This document shows, piece by piece, positions 50,101-59,299 of a stretch of DNA of 64,000 nt. The DNA comes from Amphiscolops sp. MND2022 (taxonomy: Eukaryota). Positions within the stretch are counted from its first letter, which is position 1, and every line of letters begins with the position of its first letter. The notes under the pieces were generated by a model. It had not been told where the DNA came from, searched no databases, and saw only the letters and a program-made list of their open reading frames with translations. The translations under genes and the position numbers were made by a program. Location: assembly GCA_964187785.1 (NCBI GenBank), contig OZ076415.1, forward strand, positions 18,848,001 to 18,912,000, in the 5' to 3' direction.

Positions 50101-53026
50101 TGCCGAAATTGCTCAAGAATTGATGAAAGCTTCGCAAGTAACCAAAGTAACGTCTACTCCAGCTCATCCTAGAGGCAACGGTTTAGTAGAACGCCAGAAC
50201 CGAACATTGCTCACCTTGCTCCGAGTCTATACGTCACGCAGGATGCTTGACTGGGATGAGCACATAGACGGAGTCTTAGGTGCCTACAATTCGACCAGAC
50301 ATGCGACAACCGGATTTTCCCCGTACATGCTCCAACATGGCGCAGAAAAATCCATTCCGCTCTCGTTCATATACCCAGAATTCGCAGCGCGAGAGTTTGA
50401 ATCCAAAGAAGAATTTGTAGAGCACCTGCTTGCTAGACAACAAGAAATCCACGAGCTTGTCCGCCGAAATACTCATCAAGCGCAGGTACGACAAAAACAG
50501 AAGTTCGACAGGCATTTGAAGGCAAAAGCTCATGCCGTGGGTGATGCCGTTTGGGTTTTCTGCCACATAATTCCCAAGGGTGGTACCCGCAAACTTCTTC
50601 GCGCCTGGCGTGGACCTCACAAGGTCACAGATGTGTTACAAGACGGAAGACTATATGTTTTGGATACAGGTCAAAAAGTCCATTTCGAGCGCCTGAAGAA
50701 GCATGTGCCAGCACCGTGGGATTGGGCAGCACATCAACCCTTCGGGTTAGACCAAAATGTAGCCATCATTGCAGATCCATATGTGGAAGAAAGTAATGAG
50801 GAAATAACATCAGACATCTCGCGAGACTCCTTTCTTCCAGAACAACTGCCGGAGGCATCGTTCGAAATGGAACCAACCGCGCCTGTCCCGCCACGCACAA
50901 TTCAGACACGTACTCAGTCTGCATTGGAACAAGGAATCCCACGTAGACGCTTCAGTCACTTTGGATATCCATCTGAGTCCGAATCTGACCAAGAACCAGT
51001 AGAGCAACCCATTGAAGAAACCCAGCAACCAATGGTTTGTCCTGAGATTGACGACCTCGAACCACTGTACTCCGATCAAGAGGAAGTCTTGCCTGAACCA
51101 GCACCAAGTCTGGTACCCTCGCCATCAGGAACTTCAGCACCATTGCTTTCCAACCCGGCTTTAACCGATACATTGAGTAATTTTCCACTGTTCAGTTCTC
51201 GAGCTGGTAGCTCGGTAGAACTAGAACTTGCCGAGGAAGCCGAACCCCAAGGAACTGGTGGAGAAACTCAAGAACCCGGTCAAAGCATGGAAACATTACC
51301 CTCATCAGGGAGAACTGCAACTAAAAGAGGCAGACCAAGAGGCAGACCTCCAGGTCGTAGAAGAGGAAGTACCACTTCATCAAGCAGAGCACTCACAAGG
51401 GCACACAGACCATACACTAGATCAAGAGGCCGAGTAAGAACCAGAGCTCAATCTCAAACTTTGGAACGTGCAATGACACTACCCAACATAGCGGAAAGCA
51501 TATCTCCAGAGCAACGAGAAGCTGAGCAACCAACCCCTTCACAAGCCCCACCTTATCAGCTACGACGCAATAGAGCACCACGATACAGGTGTGGAACCTG
51601 TGGTTCCCGCAACTGTAGTTGCGTCAACCTAGTTGAAGTGAGAACACCGGACAAGCGATTGGCCCGGGGAGTGGACGCTCCTGCTCTTGACTTAGCCGAC
51701 ACCGAAATATTCGAAGACCATATACAACATACAATCAGGTCCATACACGCAAAGGACCAGGATGTTCCACAAGTACATCATGTTGTAATTTCAATAGAAA
51801 AGACGTACTCGAGCATTGGACCAGGTGTGGTCCCACCCCTGGAAACCACACTAAGAGCCATGCAAGGAACATCACCCTCAGACTGTCCCACCTATCGGTT
51901 CAAGGAGTGGTCGTGCCACGACAAGAGTGGATTGGAATTTACGTTAGCTGCTATCATTCCCCCACTCCCACCATCGATGGTGTTTGGAAAAATAGAGCCA
52001 GAAGACACGAAAGTAGCAATGGTACGCTGTATCACCGCGCAGAAGCTGTGGCAACAATATGGTGTGACCTCCCCTCCTGGAGATGTGTATCATCCAACGG
52101 CTGGGTGGTGGCTATTGGTCACCTCCTTGGACGAAACATCACCAGTGAACCCAGGAACGCTGTTGATTTGTCTAGAGAACTTGCGTACACTTGTAGAGTT
52201 CGAGGACACACTTTGTTTTCATCTAGCAGATATCTATCGCGGGAAATTCCTTAGTCAACATTGGTTACAGCTACTAGCTATCACTTTCTGTCGCCAAGCC
52301 AAAATACGCCTGCTGGACAAACACACGTATACGTTTGAGAACCCAGTGACCGTGCTAGAAGCACTCTCCGTAGTTCATGATTGGTCTTGCACGAATTTGG
52401 GAGACCGACCTTTACGCAGAACAGTGTGGCAAGACCATAAAGCTATACTGGATCATCTCACGCCAAATCAAGACAATCAAAGCACCGTCACGGGAAAACT
52501 GTTGACAACACACCCGAAGGTCAAACCGAATTATCTGTCATGGATTTCCTACGAGGAAACTGACATTCTGCAAGCCCGGGATACCGTGGCAATATGTTGT
52601 CCGGCTGACCTGCTGTCATACTCAGCAATGGCGCGTTATGTCATTCGGGAATATGGCCAGGAAGAGATCTTCCGGCTACGTCCAGCCGTGGGAAAGGCCG
52701 TACATCTCACCAGATCACCATCAGCGCCGTGGAACAACGAGATGTTTTTGTTAGTCACCAGAGCCTCTAGTAAACACCCTATTTTACATGATGTGCTACA
52801 TCTGTGCCTGACAGACCTGGTGCAGAAGCTCGAGCAAGCACAAATCACCCGAATACATCTGCCTATTTATGACCCCGAAAGGTCTATCAACATGCTACCA
52901 GCTTGGTATTCAATGTTGAGAGATCATTTCATTGATTCCAGCTTCGACATAGTTCTGCATGATCGGGTATATGTGTCGATAGCACTGGTCAGAAAACACC
53001 TCAATCAACTGAAGCCCAAAGCTTGA
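44105..53026 (+). CDS. Gag-Pol polyprotein (2973 aa): capsid, CCHC knuckle, degenerate and active protease, RT, RNase H, integrase, AT-hook, tandem macrodomain-like C-terminus
   Basis: CVNCGDPSHFVADC (45821-45862); IDTGSG (46682) and LLGRNFL; MPFGLCNA and YIDD (48155); DTDAS and NADGLS; HHCC H..H..CLTC; D,D35E core FDH / QSDN / NGLVER; GPH variant of the GPY/F motif. Confidence 0.98.
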   Translation: MKSGEIEYLKSLNESNRQSSGFHATNPFASDVEELSRLSARAEIAADDMIANMFLYDVMSDNVSIADQNSQMAYFSQLNHSRASSDSANFVNGTAMNCGNVWPPMNNSAIDWGDWPNSNGEQAKSSDISKWVENMNAGTAFGEITPQMSLDVDPLGSGVPVFAASRNAVANKTEGYINQDKTETSITSVKSLTEKLISEMTAIMAQRDQQADERLTLISETMHRRDLDVDKRMVDLMTTVQELTLGVKAVVATVPSRPSPVPVALNPANAPSDNASSIQQPTNREIVQRQSRTKLDQRNLNPETVEEAAKGNTPNTIHGQTLAEAITTAMSKGLEPLLAAKEAKNTPTKYRGTRDGIIDGWLMLMKRYLEKAHAKDTPLDRAWTIVEFLENEAQDYIMNKSEAERDTDEKVFALLARRFGTGSSKFQIQQQFRTRNQSDNEDYMQYLDALEGLRSQGFPNEDVTVRRYEIMQRFIEGVRSFELKRNLALMYAQEQYVDTPPTVEALRFTVQQYLHMRGPIRSENYPAPQQHQEPLLASHQNPILAAAPQAPNWQLPPQPVAVRQQPPKPSRACVNCGDPSHFVADCTLKDRAHKPVPQLVTSCRTNPAGEWSCPSNSQGMNNDVVPAALPAQAPPTLRVTFDCTGNTASECMVPGNATTEEQVKAAWYAPVANSADIIDTDDQIRVISISEEGGPSRPVVVTCGEKQILTTLEAPAPDCTETLISIHLLLSAEQKARPNLTLAQLKEELCRNTSLTITSRPLPHFTRDDETKLAQIHKVKTIAPVPIAITVDGVDMKFDAIVVLEGHFPQGLYLGTQELRCYNIGVQDAQGEAQIDERASLVVAFGTTLQKPIPLFGMIDTGSGVSILSLSAYKKIAPQHELNLSPYDLELFAANGKTITTVGIAEDVSFQLGGHTLKTNFVVIADHIGSEDFLLGRNFLRTYNVLVDLAAMKVTIRNPKTPRIFKAVHEVSDQEPSFVVSAEEVTLGPFERKVVRAKIITQQPNEFHFRNVMVHPCSIRSNSLFDSEDTLTSVGEDGVVFLALRNQTAKEGVRIKEQTVVGKAVLTNFVFNSVPIQDSREASKLSAEFVNQVHRDLDLDTSSEFSSFAQNFLSSTELSEMGLSENEKRKRTDPLLLKPIPGPDLSSVLSSWGEGARDKLASVLSEYDDLFMKNKSDIGRCKIAKHRIELEPEAIPHREGARRMSPDKAAKANQEVQNLLALGLIQPSYSPWASGIVMVKKKSGELRFCCDFRPLNDVTVKDAFPLPRIDESLSRIANAKIFTSIDLAWAFWQIPLKKRDRRKTAFACELGLFEWRRMPFGLCNASATFQRSITRALQKIQQRHGSVVMAYIDDIVIATETIEDHLERIREVFECLREAGFKMRAEKCDFMRTETKYLGRVVSAEGIKPDPAAVSKIQEWMPPRNKEELQSFLGFANYYRDFIPFHAAKVQPMQKLLRKNQHFYWKEKHQEAFDSVKQALADATALAAPNEEGRFVLDTDASAVAIAGILHQEQEYNGKTILRPIVYGSKSLTRTQMNYGAPKLEMYAVFYFIEKFHSYLAGREFTLRVDNQALSWLKTYSMDQAMIGRWIARLDQYHFKTIHRPRTQHRNADGLSKRTNDYVHREKIVEALPEVSKGFSFMSQKDYEELPTVPYIDKHGKFIPNHPELPPEARAQLPVLYILKKPPKEDLTSDQSLSSIPWYPQVQWENTPTSTENDRPNCILSVTTKVPAARLDTTKRDPALRRLPMQCQEQADVLRLVGTELHEHQSTIRGLKDLHLAQNRDVHLLALKKLMKNEPLDDALFPEDVQDFAKRYFHQKKDLLFLNQNDILCVNYIPQQRAMHVRPCMIVMPQLYQHEILYRAHDESGHQGVGKVLARIQERHTWPGIKRDVVNHIKHCLTCQQTKHPAGNPCYPLQSINSSNFNDLVQFDHLKLCKTTSGNNGLLVIIDHFTKFAEAIPCAHDEYDAQTTAKIILNKWFARHGTPARMQSDNATNFTAEIAQELMKASQVTKVTSTPAHPRGNGLVERQNRTLLTLLRVYTSRRMLDWDEHIDGVLGAYNSTRHATTGFSPYMLQHGAEKSIPLSFIYPEFAAREFESKEEFVEHLLARQQEIHELVRRNTHQAQVRQKQKFDRHLKAKAHAVGDAVWVFCHIIPKGGTRKLLRAWRGPHKVTDVLQDGRLYVLDTGQKVHFERLKKHVPAPWDWAAHQPFGLDQNVAIIADPYVEESNEEITSDISRDSFLPEQLPEASFEMEPTAPVPPRTIQTRTQSALEQGIPRRRFSHFGYPSESESDQEPVEQPIEETQQPMVCPEIDDLEPLYSDQEEVLPEPAPSLVPSPSGTSAPLLSNPALTDTLSNFPLFSSRAGSSVELELAEEAEPQGTGGETQEPGQSMETLPSSGRTATKRGRPRGRPPGRRRGSTTSSSRALTRAHRPYTRSRGRVRTRAQSQTLERAMTLPNIAESISPEQREAEQPTPSQAPPYQLRRNRAPRYRCGTCGSRNCSCVNLVEVRTPDKRLARGVDAPALDLADTEIFEDHIQHTIRSIHAKDQDVPQVHHVVISIEKTYSSIGPGVVPPLETTLRAMQGTSPSDCPTYRFKEWSCHDKSGLEFTLAAIIPPLPPSMVFGKIEPEDTKVAMVRCITAQKLWQQYGVTSPPGDVYHPTAGWWLLVTSLDETSPVNPGTLLICLENLRTLVEFEDTLCFHLADIYRGKFLSQHWLQLLAITFCRQAKIRLLDKHTYTFENPVTVLEALSVVHDWSCTNLGDRPLRRTVWQDHKAILDHLTPNQDNQSTVTGKLLTTHPKVKPNYLSWISYEETDILQARDTVAICCPADLLSYSAMARYVIREYGQEEIFRLRPAVGKAVHLTRSPSAPWNNEMFLLVTRASSKHPILHDVLHLCLTDLVQKLEQAQITRIHLPIYDPERSINMLPAWYSMLRDHFIDSSFDIVLHDRVYVSIALVRKHLNQLKPKA

Positions 53027-54303
53027 CTGAGTCCCTGTGGCACTATGGAACAGCCATTCGAAAGGCCACTCGCCTTCTTTTAAGCCTATGTGTCGTTTTA
53101 ACCAATTGATAGATGTTTCTTAATGCGGATTGTGAATATTGTTTTATTAGTTGTCCCCTCAACGTTTGAGTATATTGTTCGCGTTCATTCAAAAAATGTT
53201 TTAAATCTACGACTGCTCCCCGTCTTTCAGTTGTGTCCTATTTCGCTATACTTCCGCGGTATCAGATCATCATCCCAATCACATCCTCGCAACATCCTCA
53301 GATTGTACCCCAGGTGCTAAATGCTAACGCAGTATGCTATTGTTTCTTGTTTGTACACAGTGCAATAATCTTTCACTTGGTTGAGAGAGCTACCATGCAG
53401 CATCCCGAGCAATGTGGATCCAACTGACAACGACAAGAAACTGATATAGTAGTCCTCAGATCACCGTCGACCAACTGCTGTTATCAACTATGGAATGGTG
53501 AAGCCGTACATGACAGAAGACGAATATAAAGTCAAATTTAGTGGTGTTCGAACCACCAGATTCCAAACGATTGATTCAGTCTGTGATTGGTACGAAGCAC
53601 CCAATACGGAACCGGTTCCAGAAACTATCACGTATTTGTAATCTGAATAGCGTTATATGTCCCAGCCACATGGTTGTTGGCTTCAGAAATGTTGGTTCTG
53701 CACTTCATACACTTGAGTAGACGATGAGTGAACTCCTAGAATTCATGATGGGCGCAGTACCTGAAATGGATCCCAAACAAACATGAGAACACAATGGACT
53801 GAATGGACTCTCACCTGGTGATTTTCTTTGATGTGTTACATGCTGTGTTTCTATATTGGAGCTGTTCATTTGGCATTGTAACGCTTTGATTACACCCGAT
53901 TCAAGTGCTATTGTGCATTTTGTAGTACCCTACCTGGTAGGGTCCCAACTTGGTGCCTCCCCGCCCGAAATAAAAGAAAAACTGCAATCGGAATTCTTGC
54001 AACCATGCTTTCTTGCAAATTTTTGGAATGCCGCGTACATTACCACCCCTTAGAAGAAGTTTTAAACTAGCTTGGAACGAATAGAAAGAGTTTTTAGAAA
54101 AATTGATTTTTATCTTCTGGAATGTTAAGAAATAAGTGCTACAAAAACAGTGCAGGAGACTTTTGCAAAAACAAAATATTTCGAAAATAGTGTAAAAATT
54201 TTGTGTAGTAAGATCCAACGTAAAGAATTGAAACAATGTTGCTAAGGACCCGCTGGGTATGTATCATTCTCTCTCGTTTGCCGAGGACGACAAACTACGG
54301 CCC

Positions 54304-54311
54304 GGGGAGGA
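54304..54311 (+). other. Polypurine tract
   Basis: GGGGAGGA directly abutting the TG of the 3' LTR. Confidence 0.85.
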
Positions 54312-55033
54312 TGTAACGTCCAGCAAAAGTCGTTATATCAATTTTTGAAAATTTCGTTCAAATTCAAAAAGTGTGCGATATCAAATAAGAGCATTCAAAA
54401 TGGCCGACCTAGCAGGTCCCCAAAAAAGGACAAAAAAGAGCCGAAAAAAGCCCGAGAACCCCGAAAAAACCCTCGAAATCCCAGAGGACAGTGCCAGAGA
54501 CCCCAGAAGAACTGAGAACTGCCACAAAAACGCGGTTTTGTGCCATCTATCCCAGAAAATGACCCAGAAGAAAGAAGTATCTTTTCGAAGGTTGCCCAAA
54601 GAACCCTGAAGACTGGATACAAACCCCGAATGTGATAAATTCAGTTTATTTAGATGTTTTTGATGTTGTTTAGCAGATTTGCGATGATACTGGATCTACT
54701 AGATCCCTATTTTGGTGGATTTAGAACTTATTCCCCCAATAAAATGTGTTTCAGCTAGACCCTGTTTTTGGACCTCGGAGGTATGTAGGAACACGCAGGA
54801 ACATTAGGAATTGTTTTTACAGGCTTGTGGGACGTGTCCGGACTTGGAGCGTGCCGGCATGTCGCCACGGAGCTCTAATATGAGGAGTCTCCACGGCGTT
54901 TTGGAAAAGTCCCTACTGAGACCATTTTGGGACTAAAAACTGATGTTTAGGTTGTAGTAAGGCACTGGTCTCTTGTTCAAGCAACCTGGGCATTGTCCCA
55001 GTTCTAGAATGTAGCTGTTAGCTTGACGTTACA
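54312..55033 (+). repeat. 3' LTR
   Basis: Copy of 40280-41001 at an offset of 14032; the ORF-track translations inside the two LTRs are identical. Confidence 0.98.
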
Positions 55034-57149
55034 GACGAAAGAATCAATTGTTATACGAACGCTTTACGAAGCCACGTTTCCGCATTCCAATTACATCCAT
55101 TTTCAATTCAGCTCTACTAGTAAAGATTGAGTAATCTGTAGAAGTCGGCTGTCGTATTTCGGCTTTAGAATCTGTCGTCTTAAAGCTTGTTCGGTTATAC
55201 AACCGACCTTTGTGTCTAGGTTATAACCAGGGACCGTTATAATTTATAACCCAGACATAATTGCCAAGAATTCATAAAAGAAGAAAATTTCTTTTTGAAT
55301 TTGCGGTCAACTAGATCCTAAGGTCTGAAATGGTACCTATCAAATTATGTCCACTATGCACTTAATTGCGCACATTGACAATAACTTTTGGCATGTTTTT
55401 GCTTTTGAATTTTACACAGGCTTCTATTTTTTCTAATTGTTGAAATTCCAAAGATGATGTAATTGAACGCGACTAAGGTGTGCTTTCGCTTTGAGTATGA
55501 AAGTGGAACTTTTTTATGCATGCATTTGAGTTTTTCCTCATCTTTATTCGAAGTTTCAGCTGTGTGTCACAAATATATACATATTGTACATTTTGTGACA
55601 TATTTCACAAAACGTTCTCACAGTAGTGAGGAAAGTTTCCCTCTCAATTCGAAGCTGCTGGATCCTTTTACATGCTGCATTGAAACATGCGGGTAAATTT
55701 GCTGGAGAACATTAAGAAGGGGGCATGCAAGGAAAAATCTTGCAAAAAATCCCTGCGGCTTGGAAATTTCAGGCAGATTCCACTTATGCTTGGTAAGAAA
55801 AGTTCATTCAGGCTGCAGCATCATTGAAAAAACCCTGTAATGAGCAAAGTTTCACAAAAAAAGTAAATCTGCGTCAGAATTTTCTGGAAAGAGGAAACAA
55901 ACTTCGAATGAAGACAAGCAAAAAAACTCAAATGTACGTAATCGTAAGAAATGTTTCTATTTCTACAAATTTGAAGTAACAATTTGAGTTAATAACTTTG
56001 ATACATTTCTACAAATCTCACAACACTGTGTTGAAGGAAACGCACAAAGGTACCGAATTTGTACTTGAAATTAAATCGAGATGTTCTTTTGCATTGGTAA
56101 TTTTTTGGATAAAGATATATATGGAAGAGAAATGGAACGTATGTGTCATGACCTGAAATCATGATATAAGAATTATTACCAAAATTTCGTTAAAGCTGAA
56201 GTTGCTATTAATAATAAGTAACTATATTTATACTGTAAACAAGATAATGACATGACTGATAAAAGTTACAGCTCAGAGATTTGAATTAACGATTAGAAAA
56301 CAGTTCTAACCGCTCGAGCAACCGTTCTGACAGTATGATACAAATTCGACCGGTTTCTACATCTAAAATTTCAGTGACCACACTACTCTCGAAATTTTTG
56401 ATAAAACCGTGCTTGTCATGAAAACCTTAGCAAAAAACTCCACAATATTCTTACCAAGAACGCAATGTCAATATTATGTTAGAAGTTTCAAGAAAAAGCT
56501 ACCAATGTGAATGAAAAAGGAAATACCTGTCACGGTATCAACTATACCATCAACCTTGATAGTGCAACACAGAGAGCTTTCTCGGGAACTACTTCAGAAT
56601 TTTAAAACTCACAACAAACATTTTATATATTTTCATTTCTTTCGCTGTAGTCAGGTTTCCTAAATTCGTCACAACATGAAATTGAGGTCGCTCTGATCCC
56701 ACCATGTGTTTTATTGTTTCCGGGTGCTTAACACCGTCTGTCTATTCACTTTTCACTGGCCAAAAAGTCAAATACCCAGAACAGTTTCCCACTTGGAAAG
56801 CCTGGAAAGCGGTAAAAACAACCAAGTGAGGAGGATACACACCTAGTAGGGTTTGAATTGATTATATGCACATTGATTGCGAGTATTGGTTTTGTGCAAA
56901 GCGTTCACATCCACGTCACTGTGACGTTAAAAAACATTTTCATAGCTCACATGTTAAAAAGCTTTGGTAGGCTCTAGATGCGTTTATTCTTCTACTAAGT
57001 GACAAAAGCTTTTAATTAGTATTTATAGATTAGATATGTGAAGTGTTGCTACAAATACTTGCATGAATTTTTGTACACAAGCTCTCTCGAGACGATTATC
57101 AAGTTACTAGGTTTGCCGCAGCCAAAAATCTTTGCCTCGTACTGATTAG

Positions 57150-59140
57150 TATTGATAGTCAACTTGCTAGATTCGAACCATTTAGATAAGCTACTAAGTC
57201 ATTTTTGATGCCAGCATCAGTACGAATTCCAGCATTTTTATTGGTTGTATAAATCGACAAACATCACCAACTGACTTGATTCGCAGACACTCGGAAGTTC
57301 ATTATTATAACGCAAGAACAAAAAGGGACCTGAAATCGATCACTGTGGAAATCCAGTAGAAATCTTTTGATTCATTGTGTTTACCCTGTTAGTACTAACG
57401 TACTGCCATTTATCAAGAAAATTGATAAATTTATCAATAATATAATCAATAAACTCAGTGGAATATTCGCCGAAACGATTGTTGATTTTTCCTCGCAACC
57501 CGAGATTTTCGATTTTTTTCAACTGTATTTTTGGATGTACGACATCAAAAGTTTTCTGAAAATCTGTTAGACCAGGCTTGCTCAATTAATTTTTTAGCAA
57601 TTACATATCTAATGAAATCCTTTATGTCACTGAAAACATCAGTGGAAGACATTTTGTCTTTAAAACGATATTGCATTGGGTTGATAGTTTTGTTTAGTTT
57701 GACAGAATTTCATCGTTTCTTGTCCTTTTTATCTTCGTTCTTATGGAAGGGTATTTACCTATTTTGAAGCACACTGTGAAATTGCTGTTCGTATTACATT
57801 GATTAAAAATCTCAACGAGGAAAAGTTCTAGTGTAGGAGGACAACATTTCGAAATGGCATTACTTATTCCATCATGACCGCTGCGTTTTTGATTTTCAAG
57901 CCTCGAAGTATCTCACAAACTTCTTCGTTGGTAGGACGCACAACCATTGTTTTGTCAAACTCGGGTGTGTTACATTCACCTGTCATTTCTGTTAACTCGG
58001 ATGGGAGTTTCGGTTCAATAAATTTGAGACGGTCATTCAAGTAGAGTGGTTCAATCTTGTTTTTTGATTGATTTCGATGTCTTGTAGTTTGTTTCAGGAG
58101 TCGGATTCGTTTCGGGTTTTTGAAAATGGCCTTTTTCAGCTCTGATTGAATCTTTTCCATGACTCTTTCACTACTTTTTAGTAGGTTCTACAGTTTGAAC
58201 AAGTAGGGTTTCTTCTCCATAGCTGGAACATTTCATCACAATTCTCACTGCGTTTTCAGTTTTGCGTTTGATCCGATCGTCAGATTTATTTCGACCTGTC
58301 AACAGCTTCATCGGTGTGAAGTGATCGTCACAAGCCATAATAGATTCCAATAACATTCAATTATGCATTAAGGCCTGATGTTTCATTAAATTTTCGCGCT
58401 TTTTGTCGAGTCGAGCTGCAACAATATTTTCAGTTCATTGTCTCCTTTCACTTGTTCTATTTACGAGCAAGTGGATATTTGTATTCGTGCTTTCTTTCCA
58501 AAGCGCTGGTATATTTGCAGTACCGTAAAGTGGTCACTAATCGTAGTTAGTTTCCGTAATCACCGTTCTTTCTGTGATCGTATGATCAAGTTATGTTTCC
58601 AATGTCGGCGTAACTCTGGTTGGTGCAAAATTACCTACTCGAAAATCCGCCAGTACGTTGGTGTGAACTAATTTTCTTTGTTTTTCTTCCCGGGTGTCAG
58701 TATTGAAATCTCCGAAAAAATATCATGACTTTCAAGGTCTTCAGAAAAAGCAATAGAACCTCATTTTCTGGAGACAATTTTTTGACAAACGGAATGTTTC
58801 TGATCTATCGACTGCGCTAATCTTTTGATATCGCTGTAAGAGAAGGTGACTTGCATACTTGAACATTTTTTCGGATTTGGAAGCCAACGCCTATGTACTT
58901 AATACTTTCTTTCACAAAAAAAGCAACCCCTCCAGATCTTCGCCTTGAAAATTTCCGAAACGTCGATTCACCTGGCTGGTTATCATCCAATTTGAATCTA
59001 TGATGAGAATCGTTCTCAGTTAACCAAGTTTCTGTGATAATAAGTATTTCATGTTTTACGTTCGAACGCTTCGAGAAGTATTTTTATTGGGTTGAGATGG
59101 AATACTAAAGATCTAATGTTTAATCCTGGGACATTCATCT
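57150..59140 (-). mobile_element. Heavily decayed L2/CR1-group LINE (APE endonuclease and RT fragments)
   Basis: NIRSL..IITETWL (about 59120-59020, APE N-terminus); DFQKTFDVVH..LKKIENLGLRG and TGFPQGS (57585-57330, RT). Confidence 0.7.
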
Positions 59141-59299
59141 CAATCCACCGACTTTGGACTCGGCAGATATCGTTTATGCAAGAAACAGAAAGTAGACGAA
59201 ACAGATGGCTTCACTCAATTTCTGAATACTAGATAGGTACAAGTTATTCCGCTTGTTCTTCAAAACTGCCGTTCGAATTGATTTTCTGGTTTTTCCATT

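Larger units (their letters stand above)
40280..55033 (+). mobile_element. Intact, young Ty3/Gypsy LTR retrotransposon, 14754 bp
   Basis: Two 722-bp LTRs, PBS, PPT and a single uninterrupted Gag-Pol ORF in PR-RT-RH-IN order. Confidence 0.98.

Noticed and set aside
44086-52848. Many antisense and off-frame ORFs inside Gag-Pol
   Set aside because: Shadows of the long coding frame; none has recognisable motifs.
50710-54311. env gene or chromodomain in the intact Gypsy
   Set aside because: No signal peptide or transmembrane ORF, and no chromodomain aromatic-cage pattern after the integrase.
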